64,000 nucleotides of DNA from Mytilus edulis (GCF_963676685.1 NC_092354.1:58218001-58282000), one strand, 5' to 3'; shown: positions 34,701 to 48,817, counted from the stretch's first letter. Notes: generated by a model not told the origin, from the sequence alone. A program made the numbers and translations.

Positions 34701-36929
34701 TGTCTTGATTTGTAATTAGTTATTTTTAAAAGTATAATATAGTGTCTTGTAAGTCATTTTTGGGCAGGATATTGTTTGTTGTAGAGTGTATGAATAATTT
34801 GTATTGTAATCAATTTATATTTCATTATAAAAAAAAACTAAACTATGTGGACCGTATGTCATCGAATACAAGACAGCTGATTGGATAAATATGATAGGTT
34901 GTTACGCCTACATTGATACTGATATCCAATCGAATACCAGCAGACACCTGTCAGTAAAAACAAATTGCAAGCGCGGATAAATTAGAGATTGATTTGTGGA
35001 TTCGATATTTGAAAAATAAGTTAGATAGCCACTATTCGTTTACTCTTTTTCAGGTGAATTTCAATAACTGTTTTTTTTTTTTCACTCTCTTAATATATTA
35101 AACAGAAAGGTATTTAAATTGAGCGTACAACATGTAACGGAATTTTACATGCATTTTATCAGAGACATATAATACATGTATTATATGTCTCTGATTTTAT
35201 ATAGCGACTTGTGTTTTCCGGAACGTCCTATTTTCAACATTTCACAGACCTCTGAAAAAGTTAGATCATACAGGTTTCATCTACCATGTGAATAAAAACA
35301 TTATCAAATTATATTTGTAGATTATAAAAGATTATTTTTTTTTTATATCTGTACTTAATAATCTGAAATAAAATAAAACATATTTCTCTCTGCCTGAATG
35401 CAACCGTAAACAAATTTTCATACCTTATTTAGATTAGTTACTTTATAGAAACTCATTTCCTTGGATGGTAGTACACGCCAGTATTTTGTCCTTTAAAGTT
35501 ATTCTGCCTGTTTAATAAAGTAACTAATCTAAGTGGTCATCGATGTGTAATATTTGACACTGGACATTATTTTTAGAGCAATGCAATACATATAATGTAT
35601 ACTATCAATCAAAATTAAAGAATTTTGAATGTAACAATATGGTACAAATCCATTTGGTTTACTGAATTTTTATATATTTTATTTTATCTAAATGTAAATG
35701 TTGTAAACTGCTCCCGGTTAATATAAATAAGAAGATGTGGTATGTGTGTCAAAGAAACAACTCTCCACCATTCAAGTCACATGGTATAATTAAATAAGAG
35801 GTCAACAGTACGGCCTCAACACGGAGCTTTGGCCCTCATCGAACAGCAAGCTATAACGGTCCCTAAAATGACTAGTGTAAAACAATAAAAATGGAAAACA
35901 AAGTCTAATCTATAAATAAAGTCATTTTGCTACGTTATTTTATAGCTTTTTGGTCAATTCCGAAATAGCAAGTAAGCGTCTCACTGCTTTTCAAAATGAG
36001 TAGTAACACTGGTGCTTCAAAAAATCTGATACGAAACAGAAATATAAACCGTATATTAGATTTTATCAATCGTGTCTTAAATAACGTTGGTTGATATTTT
36101 TCTATGATATGATTTACTTTTGTATTTAGTTCGGGCTAAAAAAAAATGACGAAAAAAAAAAAATTCAAGAGAGACAGTTATCGACATCGGTCTTTATATG
36201 TATATAATGGTCAATAAGAAACTGTAAAATATGATTATATAATTGTTGCATTTATTTAAAAAAAAAAAATAATGTTTTATTTGTAAATGTAATAATTTAA
36301 CCCGGTTTAACCTTATACATTTTATATAAAAGATAAAACATGGAACTTCATTCATTATACGTCCAGTGACACGAATTGGTAATTATTTAGGTAGTTTGTG
36401 ATCATCCGTTTCGGTTGACTGCTTAAATAATCCGTTTATTAAAAGATAAATAACTTTCACCAAGCATCTGTCATCTGTGTAGAATTTTAAAATATAAAGT
36501 AAATTATATACTTAAAATATACGTTTCTTGACCAAATATAGATAAGAACTATTACTCTACATTAGAAACATATAATGTTTAAAAACATCTTTAAATGAGA
36601 TATATTTAATACTGATCATTATATCTTTAGAGGCGGAATGCATACATACAGGACTACTTTATGTCAGACTGCAAAGTTTTTATGACAGATTTTCCGGTTA
36701 CAACAATTAATCTTTTCTCATATAACCAATGAAATGTTAAAAATTCTATCTGAAATAAGTGAATTGTTTTTAAAGTTTGCATACTTTATTTAATGAAATA
36801 GATATACAGTCATATTAAAAGACCACAAAAGAATATCATCCAAGATATAGAGATTATATTCATAAAGGGGAAGTAACCCCTCATAAAAACAGATAAAGTG
36901 TCGCCCGTTTTATTCAAAATATTTAAAAT

Positions 36930-37176
36930 CTTAACACAACTGAACACGATCTTACAGCAACTAAACAGGTGAACGTGATTTAATCAAGTCTTATTTGAAT
37001 GCTAGATGAGTCTGTCTTGTTTATCTTGACACGACTGATCTGACTGAACACAATATATCTTAACAGAGTCTGAGTGTCTAAACAGGTCTTAACGTTTTTC
37101 TCTAGCGGTAAATTAAGTCAATTGAGACTTGATCAGACCAAAATCACCGTTTCAGACTTAAATCTGGCTACTAGTG
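36930..37176 (-). mobile_element. CACTA-like terminus truncating the Gypsy gag
   Basis: Minus strand starts CACTAgtagccagattt at 37176 with cagac/gtctg subterminal motifs; similar motifs at 32400-32640 may mark the other end. Confidence 0.4.
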
Positions 37177-37179
37177 TTA

Positions 37180-38520
37180 ATACTGCGAGATTGGAGGTTG
37201 GATACCCTGGCTTCCTAATACATATATACATCCGGGAGGTTCCTAAAGGCCCTGATTGCCAAAGACAACAAATGATCATCCCAGTCAACAAGGGACTCCT
37301 CGGAGGCTTGCCGGGTATTGTTGAACTGGACCTGGGCAGTCTCAGGAAGCGCCTTAAAACCAAACCGCATGTTCAGTTTTTCAACTAGCTCCCTGTAACT
37401 CACCTCCCCGTCTCTTTCCGTAATGAGGACATAGTGTTCACTTGCCTTCAACTCAAGGCACCAGCACAGCTGATCTTTGCACTCTTGTGGTCCCCACTCA
37501 AAAACCTCTGTATACCTTGAATATTTCGTGAATAAAGCTAGCAGGTTGCCCTTCCCTTTATACTTGATGTTTCTTAGGGCATTTCTCACTTTGAAGGCAT
37601 TGACGGAATTGCGTTTTGACCCGTCTCGGCTGTCAGGTCCCATCGTAATTTCCCTAGGCCTATCCTCATATGTTACTGGGTAAGCCTGCTGCTCATAACT
37701 TTCCCTAGCGGTGACCCCTTGTGGGGGTACCGGTGTATACCCTTGTTTATACCTACCCTGGGTTTGCCCATACCATCTCCATAGGTACAGGCTAGGTACA
37801 GGCTGGGGTCTGACTGGTGTCCTCGCCCCTATTGACTTGCCACTTGCCACTTGCCTTGCCCTCCCTTATGTCCATAATTTGCTCCTCAGTACTAATGCCT
37901 ATACCTGGGAGCTGGAGCAACTCTTGAAAACTGCATGTGTTTATGTTTACAACCGACATGTTTGATCGTAAACTATAACAAATGCTTCCCTTCAACGATT
38001 AATTATGAAAAAAAAACAATTAATCAACACACAATGCTTCTTGTATCCCGTCCTTCTGGTCTGCGGTTAGCGGAAGTAAACAAAACAATAACAATTCGAC
38101 TGATAACCCGTCCTTCTGGTCTGCAGTTAACAGATGAAAACAAAACAATAACCAGTCGACTGGTAACCCGTCCGTCTAGTTTGCGGTAACCGGAAGAACA
38201 AACAGAAAAACAAAAGCGACTGCTATCATGTCCCCTATGAGTCTACAGATAAAAACGGTGCTGATTAACGGTGACTGGTACCTAGCTGTCCCTTATGGGT
38301 CAAGCAAGGCCACCTGTTGATCTGTCGTCTACTGCCACAATCTTAATTTCAAACTACCGTGAAGTATTCTTCCTGAAATGAGTTATTCCCTCTCTGTAAT
38401 AACTCAAAACACCCTTTTCATTACTCTATTACAAATGACCGTCAACCACCGGCGCGGCAAAATCATAAAAAAAATATTCCTTAAAAGCTGGAACTGCCCG
38501 CTAATTGATCGTGGTGCCAA
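37180..38520 (-). mobile_element. Degraded Ty3/Gypsy-like LTR retrotransposon 5' UTR and gag fragment with N-terminal HhH motif
   Basis: MSVVNINTCSFQELLQLPGIGISTEEQIMDIRE (from ~37960), then capsid-like KYKGKGNLLALFTKYSRYTEVFEW..LCWCL..YRELVEKLNMRFG..VQFNNTRQASEESLVDW; three ~60-bp repeats at 38040-38200. Confidence 0.7.
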
Positions 38521-40583
38521 AAAATATCTACTAGGTAACATCTAAATATCGATAGATACCTTGGATGGTCGGTCCTGTGTCAGAAACGGTCGGATTGCTA
38601 TTCAGTATTATGTATGTCGTTTGTAGCCATTAGTTCATTACCGGAAAAGGCTGATTTCTAAGTAGAAGATCGGGACATCTCTAGATTGTCTATCGGATGA
38701 CCTAAAACTAACCCTACGAATACTACTGAAGAATTATCATCACTACTGTTACTTGTATTACAAAATGTAGTCCTTTTAATGCCTTTTCGAGTCATAATTT
38801 GGCATAAAAATCACACTTGTATTGTCATTTCAAGATAACTACTGTCTACAATTGAGTCAAATATGCGAAATCACCGCAAAGAAGAGATCGAATCACATTT
38901 TCTAAAAATTTAGATATTTTTTATACTTGAAAAGATTAATTTATTTACATGAAAACATTCCCAAATACAGTTCATACATTTGTCTTATTGATATATTGCA
39001 AGCTGTTATGTTTGGTTTTTATTTCTCACTTTCACATATTTTTCATGTTATAAGTTTTTTCGTAAAACATATTATAAGAACATAAAACTTCAACATTTTG
39101 ATATATTACAAGCTGTTCTTGTTATTTTTAACATTTGACATATTTTCCATTTGATCAAGTTATGCGTCAATCTCATTATTTTAACATTAACCTTCATCAT
39201 GTTGGCATACTGTATTTTATGAAGTTGAGTGTAGGAGTGGAAAATTTAAGCGGAGATTTGGGGTTAAATTTTTGATTGAGGTTTTGGTGCGAATTTGGGT
39301 AGTTAGATTTGACATTTTGGAGTATATAGTATATTATTTCATCACTTGTACAATGTTAGGACGATGATTGTTTTGTCAATTTTGTACACGTATTCATTAC
39401 AAATTTAAAATTCTTATATAAAAAAAATTATGTTCACAGATGATCAAAATAATTACTTGATAATGTTTTTTTTTAAATATAGAATATGCACCTCTCATGA
39501 GTTCACCTTAGAGGAAGTGACATTTGAACTATTGCCACCATTTTCCGTTCGTCATCTGTAAACTTGATTAATATTAATGTCTTATCCTCTGACAACACTA
39601 GATCAAATGATATATGCTTTAAAAATTATTAATCATTTAAAAAATCTTAACCTCCAAATTCACCAGGCAAATCAGAACCAAAATTACCTGATGTTTATAA
39701 AAATAATTATAAATGTCAAACTCTTAGATATACATCGTTATATAAGGAAATTTGCACTTGAATATGTATGTAAAATACGATACCATATTATAGGGCTTGC
39801 GTTGCTTATTTTATTTTCTTGATAGAGAGTTGCTGGTTGCAATGACGCTGTTTTACCAAGGGTTTCGAATGGTAGAGCTAAATGTATCACTTTGAAAGTT
39901 TTGCGGAACCTGTGTCTTGTTTTAATAGGTCGTGGTCTTTAGATTTATAAAATAGCTTTCCGTAACATATTCAAGTCCGATCATGATAGTTCAATGAAGT
40001 AATTTTGAATTTTGAATTTTAAATCATCCTTCTCGACTTTCGTATAATAGACCTCCAAACAAAATGGGATGCTCAGATCCTCGAGCCCGGTAGGCTTGTT
40101 ATTTCACTGATCATTGAACTTTTACTTACTTAAATACGGTCAACAACGTAAGAAAAGTAAATGTACACGAATAATGCATTACCATAAAATTCCCCTACCA
40201 TGGACGAGTCTAGATGGGATTAAACTTAAATGATAGTTAACAGACAGATATATACAATTAACAGTTATCTAATTGCATCGAAATAGACCGATTAATTTGC
40301 AGAACACCATTAAATTATCAAAGTATTATATAGCTTTAAATTTACACAAAAGGGTGATTGTATAAGGAGTAAAATTAAAGTTTCATATTCCAACTTCTCA
40401 AATAATTGATTTTTATGTTCTAAATGAGTAAATTAATCCCTTACAGGCCTAATTTAAAACTGCATAATGGCAATTCTGCACTAAAACTTTTTGCTTAAAA
40501 TATTTTATGATTTTAATCAGTCAGTAATCATGAAATATAATCGAATAGATCAGACAAAGGCATATAAAACAGTGTGTATATAA

Positions 40584-42735
40584 AAATAAGAAGATGTGAT
40601 ATGAGTGCAAATGAGACTGAGACAACTCTCCATCCTAGTCGCTATGTGTAAAAAGTGAACCTAAAAGGTCAAAGTACGCCATTCAACACGGAGTCTTGGC
40701 TAACACCGAACAGCAAGCTATAAACGGCCCCAAAATGACTATTGTAAAACAATTCAAACAGGAAAACCACGGTCTAATCTATATAAAACTAGAGGCTCTA
40801 AAGAGCCTTTGTCGCTCACCTTGGTCTTGTGCATATTAAATAATGGACACAGATAAATTCATGACATAATTGTGTTTTGGTGATAGTGATGTGTTTGTAG
40901 ATATTACTTTACTGAACATTCTTGTTGCTACAAATATCTTTATCTATAATGAACTTGGCCCAGTAATTACAGTGGAAAATATTTTCTACAAATTTACAAA
41001 AATTTATGACAAATGTTAAAAATTAGCTATAAAGGGCAATAACTCCTTAAGGGGTCAATTGACTATTTTGGTCATGTTGACTTACTTGTAGATCTTATTT
41101 TGCTGAACGTTATTGCTGTATACTGTTTATCTCTATCTATAATAATATTCAAGATAGTGACAAAAAACGGCAAAATTTCCTTAAAATTACCAATTCAGGA
41201 CAGTAACCTATCAACAGAATGTCCAATTCATCTGAAAATTTCAGGGCAGATAGATCTTGACCTGATAAACAATTAAACCCTGTCAGATTTTCTCTTAATG
41301 CTTCGGTTTTTGAGTTATAAGCCAAAAACTGCATTTTACCCCTATGTTCTATTATTAGCCGTAGCACTTTTTGGTTGATTGGCCAGGTCACGCCACACAT
41401 TTTTTAAACAAATTACCCCAATGATGATTGTGGCAAAGCTTAGTTTAATTTGGCCCAGTAGTTTCAGAGAAGAAGATTTTTGTAAAAGATTACTAAGATT
41501 TACCAAAAAATGGTTAAAAATTTACTATAAAGGGCAATAACTCCTTAGGGGGTCAACTGACCATTTTGGTCATGCTGACTTATTTGTAAATCTTACTTTG
41601 CTGAACATTATTGCTGTTTACCGTTTATCTCTATCTATAATAATATTCAAGATAATAACCAAAAACAGCAAAATTTCCTTAAAATTACCTATTCAGGGGC
41701 AGCAACCCAACAACAGGTTGTCCGATTCATCTGAAAATTTCAGGACAGGTAGATCTTGACCTGATAAACACTTTTACCGCATGTCAGATTTGCTCTAAAT
41801 GCTTTGGTTTTTGAGTTATAAGCCAAAAACTGCATTTTACCCCTATGTTCTATTTTTAGCCATGGCGGCCATCTTGGTTGGTTGGCCGGGTCACGCCACA
41901 CATTTTTTAAACTAAATATCCCAAAGATGATTGTGGCCAAGTTTGGATTAATTTGGCCCAGTAGTTTCAGAGGAGAAGATTTTTGTAAAAGATTACTAAG
42001 ATTTACGAAAAATGGTTAAAAATTGACTATAAAGGTCAATAACTCCTAAAGGGGTCAACTGACCATTTTGGTCATGTTGACTTATTTGTAAATCTTACTT
42101 TGCTGAACATTATTGCTGTTTACAGTTTATCTCTATCTATAATAATATTCAAGATAATAGCCAAAAACAGCAAAAATTCCCTAAAATTACCAGTTCAGGG
42201 GCAGCAACCCAATAACGGGTTGTCGGATTCATCTGAAAATTTGAGGGCAGATAGATTTTGACCTGATAAACAATTTTACTCCATGTCAGATTTGCTCTAA
42301 ATGCTTTGGTTTTTGAGTTATAAGCCAAAAACTGCATTTTACCCCTATGTTCTATTTTTAGCAATGGCGGCCATCTTGGTTGGTTAGCCGGGTCATGCCA
42401 CACATTTTTTAAACTAGATACCCCAATGATGATTGTGGCCAAGTTTGGTTTAATTTGGCCCAGTAGTTTCAGAGGAGAAGATTTTTGTAAAAGTTAACGA
42501 CGACGGACGACGACGGACGACGACGGACGACGGACGACGACGACGACGACGGACGACGGACGACGACGACGACGACGACGACGGACGCCGGACGCCAAGT
42601 GATGGGAAAAGCTCACTTGGCCCTTCGGGCCAGGTGAGCTAAAAAACGAGAAACGAGAAACACTTATGAAACACATCAACAAACTACAACCACTAAACAT
42701 GCTCCTGACTTACGACAGGTGCATACAAATGCAGC
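40584..42735. repeat. Interspersed repeat host split by a nested insertion (40584-40788 and 42641-42735)
   Basis: Rejoined halves match the reverse complement of 6620-6915; the left half matches 35725-35915. Confidence 0.7.
40789..42640. mobile_element. Non-autonomous Helentron-associated (HINE/DINE-1/pearl-like) element
   Basis: 5' hairpin gaggctctaaagagcct plus gctcacct; about three ~500-bp internal tandem repeats (41027, 41526, 42027); (GAC/GACG)n microsatellite 42498-42595; terminal hairpin agctcacttggcccttcgggccaggtgagct; inserted in an A/T tract without a clear TSD. Confidence 0.85.
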
Positions 42736-43234
42736 AGTTTAAAATGTTTATGTGTGCGAATGTCAACAAAATACAAAGATCTTATTACAACATTTATAAG
42801 ATAACCTTTATTAATAAGTTCATCTATTAGGAACACCCCTCTTTTGAGGGTAATATGGGTAAAAAGTCATTTAACTTTGTACAAACTACAAAAATAAACA
42901 TTTAAGCTTGCATGATTATCGAGTGATTTAAATAAAATATTTACATTATAAGAACGTACAAGATCTTGTCTTCGTGTACTGTTTACACTGAATATTTTAT
43001 GAAGTTAATTGATTGTTGTTTACGTTACTTCTAGTGGCAAAATTTTCATGCATGTTCTTGACCAAAACACTTAATTTTTTTAATACAATAGGTAAGTCTG
43101 CAATAGGAGGTCGATTGTCAGGTCGGATGGGAAACTTATAATGCAACTGTATTCCAAGAAACTGTATTGTGTTTTGTACTTGAGTTATTTTGATGTGATA
43201 TTCTATAATACCTATCGCCTGTGTGGTCTTGTGT

Positions 43235-43475
43235 GTCTTGTGAGTGTGTTTGCCTCGAGCGCGGGAGGTTGTTGGTACGAACTCCAGCCGGTCAAACACT
43301 TACGTTGAAATTGACATTTTCTGTATAAATGCTACGCACGAGGCATTAAGGAAAAAGGGAAAAGACTGTTCGGATAGGAGTCGGACATATTTCGAGGTAA
43401 AATTAATTTTTTACCTGCGAACTGTTACTATGTGAACTAATATATACAACATTGAGCTTCTCGATCTAGTACACA
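43235..43475 (+). mobile_element. Degraded tRNA-derived SINE
   Basis: tRNA-like head with a degenerate B box (ggtacgaactcc) followed by a SINE-like body. Confidence 0.4.
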
Positions 43476-44399
43476 GACAAAAGAGTATTTATACTTAATT
43501 AACATGTTCTCCTCCTGAATATAAATTCAGTGACGGATGGACGATAAGCAGCCATCTATTGTCATTATTTGTTTTACTTTTACTATATATAGTGGTTCCT
43601 TTTTTTTGTACTGGTTTTTATTACACTGTCTTAGATTTCCATTGATCGAGATTAAAAAAAGAGAAAGGTGTTTTTTTTCAAACACAAAAGGTCCTTGTCC
43701 CCGTTGGGATATCTTTGACGGTATATAATGGGGCGATTTTTTGAGCTTCATATTCTGTATATGCATCTTTCTATATGAAAGACTGTACATGTATGTTGAC
43801 GCTAAATGTTTTGATTTGTCTATGACGTTGAGTTGCAGTCTCATTAAAGTATACCCTAATCTCCTTTTATTCAAACCATAAAGATAGACTTACTTAGTAT
43901 AGAAATATTGACATTTCTGGACTTCTTCCGATCGACGTCAAACTTTGCTTAAGGGGGCGTCCGTCTGACTCTACGGATATATACATACGCAGCTTCGTCC
44001 AGTCGTAATGGAGACGTCGTTTTACAAATGCCTCGTGTAACGAGGGTTTCACGCTCTCTTAACGTCAAAGAATCATTTAAATAACACTGTATTACTGTGT
44101 AGCCACCACCGGATAAAGGTACCCCCGAAGCGGTGTAGAAACTAATGTGAAGTTAGGTAAGGTAATGATATCGTCCGAGGTATCTTAGATTATTATTGTG
44201 TGTTTAATAACAATGAAAAATGCACGAAAAGTCTTCCAATGAAGCTTTTGCAGTTGACCTAATAACATCCTCTGCAAATAGGATTCATTTTGCTTGTCTT
44301 TGTTTCGATAACACGTCGATTTATTGTCAATATCAGGAAATAAAATTTTATGATATTTGAAAAGGGTAAACAAATGCTTTAAGGAATATATAAGGTTGA

Positions 44400-45060
44400 T
44401 ACAGTAAAAATATGTAGAAAGTTGAAGACATGTAAAAAAAGTTTATCCTCGTTCAATATTCGAATGAATACTGTTTGCTTCACGCCCATCGAACTTGAGA
44501 TAAAGGATAAAACAGATACAGTTAAGTTGTTCTCATATTTTGACTTTCATCAAGAAATATTGACTATGGGGTTGGTTTAAAATTAAAACTTTACAACAAA
44601 AGAGATGATTGCTGCTTTCCTATTGTGACCTTTCGATTTCTATGTAGAAACATTCCAACAGAGCCTGCATACGGAGTATATATCTTCCAGTTGATACGAT
44701 ATTCCAGAGTTTATAGTTCCTATCATACTTTCCTTGATAGAGGTTTGCAGCTCATCAGGAAGCTATTAAACTAAGAGTTCCAAGTGGTGAAGTTGAAAAC
44801 ATTCCTTCGTAAATTTTACGGACGCCATCACAAGTTGGTTGACCGTTGTGTAGTAACTGTTTCACAAATGACAACGGACATGTTTCAGTTGTCGTAACTA
44901 AAACATCCTGAGCAACACGACGGGTGTTACATTTATAACAGGATCTGCTTACCGTTCCGGAGCACCTGATATCATCCCAGGTATCGGTGGGGTTCTTGTT
45001 GCTCAGTCTTTTGTTTTGCATGTTGTGTTTTGTGTACAGTTGTTTGTATGTAGGTTTTTT
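44400..45060 (+). mobile_element. Degraded Penelope-like RT C-terminal fragment and 3' region
   Basis: ELEIKDKTDT..FPIVTFRFLCRNIPTEPAYGVYIFQLIRYSR, homologous to 47280-47500 and 59925-60040. Confidence 0.7.
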
Positions 45061-45663
45061 TCACATTACTACATAAAATATTATTTGTTTTATCAAATAT
45101 GACGAAACATTAATATCATGGAAGATTGAATACCTTTTCCGAACGACTGCGATCACCACCAGTTTTAGGAAGACAAATGAGGATTCATACATAACAATGT
45201 AGGTTTTTCTGAACTGTTTGTCTGTCTGACTTTAAATTTTCACTTTGATCATGGTGTTATCCGTGTTTCTGTTTTACATGCAATTGAAAATAAACCCCTG
45301 TTATCTATCTGAGAATAATAAAAAAAAATCTTTTTCAAGTTACTGCATATAAAATTCTACTATTGGTGAAGTTCTTTCCTTCCTACCTATTTGAAATATA
45401 TATTTATAACAAAACAAAGTCGCCTAAACATTTAAGACATTTTCGTTGGCTTATTTGTATGTTGCAACTAACAAATAGATACTGTAAAACTATCACTTTA
45501 TAATAGCTTAGGAAACCATCGAAAAATATAAGCCTCAGTAAATGTTTACTTACATTTGACAATGTAATTATTGATTTATCTGTATATACATGTATTAACA
45601 TAATATTTTTTATTATAAATAGAAGCATACTACATACTACAATCAGTTAATACGAATTTCAAA

Positions 45664-46482
45664 ATGAATTTGCGATGTTCACAAGTTTTGGCTTTGGCTT
45701 TGTGTTTGTGCATGTTGTTTCTAACTTTGTTAAATCACTTCTTACACTTGCTCCCTGGTTATTTGATTAACGTTAAAGAACAATTTGGAAACACACCATA
45801 TGTGCCTCGGATACTACATTTCATATCAGTTGAACCGTTTTTGAAAGATAACGATACGATTTTAGAAGATGTGAAAAGTATAATTGATGAGTGGAAAAGT
45901 ATACACGTAAACTATCAAGTTATAGTGTGGACAAGCAGTAAGATAAAGCATAAGTTTTCAAAACTAGCAAACCTTTTAAAGAAAATACCAAATCCATCAT
46001 GGATATCTGATATTGTACGTTTTAAAGTTTCGTACGAGTATGGAGGTTTGTATTTAGACACGGATATACGGGCCATTAGATCAGTTGAACCTTTGTTAAG
46101 ACAGTTTAAATCAGGATTCGTAGTTTGTGAACAACCAAGAATAAACAATTTATTGATGGAAGTGCCTTGTGATGCGATAGGCACTGCCGTTATTACTTCC
46201 AACAAAAACAGTATATTGATGAAAAGACTATTTGAAAAAAGTGTAAGAGTAACTCAGAAATATTTACATTCTATAGAACCTAATAGATTGTCTTCTTTCT
46301 ATCGACGTACAATAATAACAGGTCTGTTGACAAATGTTAATAAAAAGTCAGATATTCCAGTCATCGGTTCTATTACATTTTATCCTTGTGATTGGAGTGA
46401 TCGATCAAAATGTGTCTATGAACAGTTTACAAATGGCAGTAAAAACATTTATGCAATGCACCAGTGGAGGAAACGATGGTAA
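45664..46482 (+). CDS. Intronless GT32-family (OCH1/Gly_transf_sug-like) DXD glycosyltransferase, type II membrane protein, 272 aa
   Basis: N-terminal TM segment; VPRILHF; W-x3-H-x-NY-x4-W; SDIVRF..YEYGGLYLDTDI; C-terminal FYP..W and YAMHQWRKRW; start context aaaATGa. Confidence 0.88.
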   Translation: MNLRCSQVLALALCLCMLFLTLLNHFLHLLPGYLINVKEQFGNTPYVPRILHFISVEPFLKDNDTILEDVKSIIDEWKSIHVNYQVIVWTSSKIKHKFSKLANLLKKIPNPSWISDIVRFKVSYEYGGLYLDTDIRAIRSVEPLLRQFKSGFVVCEQPRINNLLMEVPCDAIGTAVITSNKNSILMKRLFEKSVRVTQKYLHSIEPNRLSSFYRRTIITGLLTNVNKKSDIPVIGSITFYPCDWSDRSKCVYEQFTNGSKNIYAMHQWRKRW

Positions 46483-46759
46483 AACGCCTGACTGTTCTTG
46501 AATTAAAAAGTATAAAATCAGATATCATTCCGTTTTTTCTTGTGGCTACATTTTTGTATATGCACATGCATTAGTTTGCTTTTTTTATAGAAACATTGCT
46601 ACAGTGTTTAATTAAAAAAAAATGTTGAAAATTACTTCCGAAATGACAATTTTAAAAGTTTCTAAAATTTTGTGCGCATGACATTACAAATGACGAAAAT
46701 GAAAATAAAAAGCCGTTTAGCTTGGCTTGATAGCATACGACAGATAAAATACTAATGAA

Positions 46760-47670
46760 CTTGAGGGCATTTTCAAATGTCGATCTTTCTCTAAAATCTT
46801 ATTCTATCAAAACCTTTGATTTTTCAACCATTTATAACACCATTACCCATGTAAAATTGAAAAATCGTCTAAAAGAAATATTCCACAATGCTTATTCAGT
46901 TAAAAATGATAGCATAATCTACAACTCTATTTCGTTCGATACCATACAGCGTATTTTGTAAAAAGAAAAAGACAAAGCAAGAGGAGCAAGTGATCATAAT
47001 GCAGGAGTTTCTTATTTTTCTTATTTCAACATATTTTTTGAATAAGGAGGTAGAATCTTTCAACAAATTGTCGACATTCCTATGGGAAAGAACTGTGCGC
47101 CTCTCTTTACCGATCTCTTCTTATTTTTATATCAGTCGATAATCTTTAAGACAAAGAAAAGACAAGAAGATCAAAACAGCCAGATCATTAAATTTTCAGT
47201 TCAGATATATTGATAATGTACATTTCATTAACAATCCAAATTTTTCTGATTGGGTCCCATTAATATATTCTCAGAAATAGAAAATAAAGAAACAATAGAT
47301 AAGGCTTCCTCCGCCTAATGCTAGGCGTATACCTCGAATTCGACATAAATGGTCATCTCATATCCAGACTATATGACAAACGAGATGATTTTAATTTTGA
47401 TTTATCAATTTCCCTCACCTTAACAGCAATATACCAACTTCACTTGTGTATGGATTATACATTTCCCAACTAATTCGGTATTCAAGAACTTACAGCTGCC
47501 ATTCAGACTTTATAAAACGTCACCAGTGTCCGATCTGAAAGTTGATGAACCAGGATTTTGTCAAAGAAAGTCTCGTCCTTTTTCTAAAAAAAGTTCATCG
47601 GAAGATACTAAGACCTTGTTAATAAACATTCCGTATCAACTTCACAAATAATACATGATGGTCTTGAAAG
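46760..47670 (+). mobile_element. Degraded Penelope-like reverse transcriptase fragment
   Basis: SIKTFDFSTIYNTITHVKLK, IPMGKNCAPL, FRYIDNV; colinear with 59440-60040; many lesions. Confidence 0.85.
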
Positions 47671-48817
47671 TACATATTATAGGTACTGAAAGATAGGCAA
47701 AGGATACCAAAAGGACTTTTAAACTAATGTTCGGTGGAAGCCAAGGCTCCGTATTGAATGTCATACTTTGACCTATCAGTGTTAACGTTTTATACATTGG
47801 GACTTGAATGGAGAGTTGTCTAACTGGCACCCATACCATATCTTCTTGTTTATATACTAAGTCGAAAATAAACTGACAAAGTCATGGCTAAAAAAAAAAA
47901 AAAAAAAAAATACAGACAAACAACTGTACACAAAATACGACATAGAAACCCAAGCCTAAGACTAAGCATCACAAACCCCACTAAAATTGGGGGTAGTCTC
48001 AGGTGTTCCGAAAGGGTAAGCAGATACCGCTTCACATGTGACAACCGTTATGTTGTTCGTATTAGCACAAACTAGGTGTGCAGTCTAATTCAAATTAAAG
48101 AACATTAAAACACGTAGTTAAGATGAGTAGCAGCGGCCCATCCCTTTCCCTCCGAATTTGACTTTCACGAATAAGACTTGTCACCGAGTTTGTGATTTGA
48201 CAGCCTTTATATTTTGATATATAAAGTAAACAAATACGTGGGGAATGGCCCTATCCCTTTCTTTACAAGTTTCAAATCAGTATTTAATGAGCAGTCTTAA
48301 AAATTAATTTAGACCTTCAATTGCATCTTTATGAACTGAATACCGACACAATTATTGTATTGACATAAATTTTGATATAAGACGAACTGGACATAATGCT
48401 TCATTCTTATAAAAAAAAAACTTACAATCATTTGCCGAACAAAAACAAGTAAAGAAAGAACTAGTCCTTTCTTTTCTTTTTTTGGCGATTACCTGATCAC
48501 TTAAAATTTTGTCTACTAAATGATATAAATTTTTAAAAGCATCTTAAATTCACAAACAACTTTCATTTCCGTCAAATTATTGCTTTTGAGCGACAAGTAT
48601 GCTAAATTTCAAAATAGAGGCTGAAAAAAGGAACGTGTTGTTTTTTTACATAAACATTTTGTGTTTTAGTAAACAAACATTTACCTTTTCAAACTTCAAA
48701 CAAAAAATGCAAAAAAGTGTTGCTTGTACTTTATTGCCTATATCTGTATATTTTATAGTTAAATATATATATATATATAAGATTGTTGGGTTGATGTTTA
48801 GACGAGTTGTATACTAT

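Noticed and set aside
41149-42700. Several similar ORFs and an Arg/Val/Ser-rich ORF
   Set aside because: Translations of internal tandem units and the microsatellite of a non-coding element
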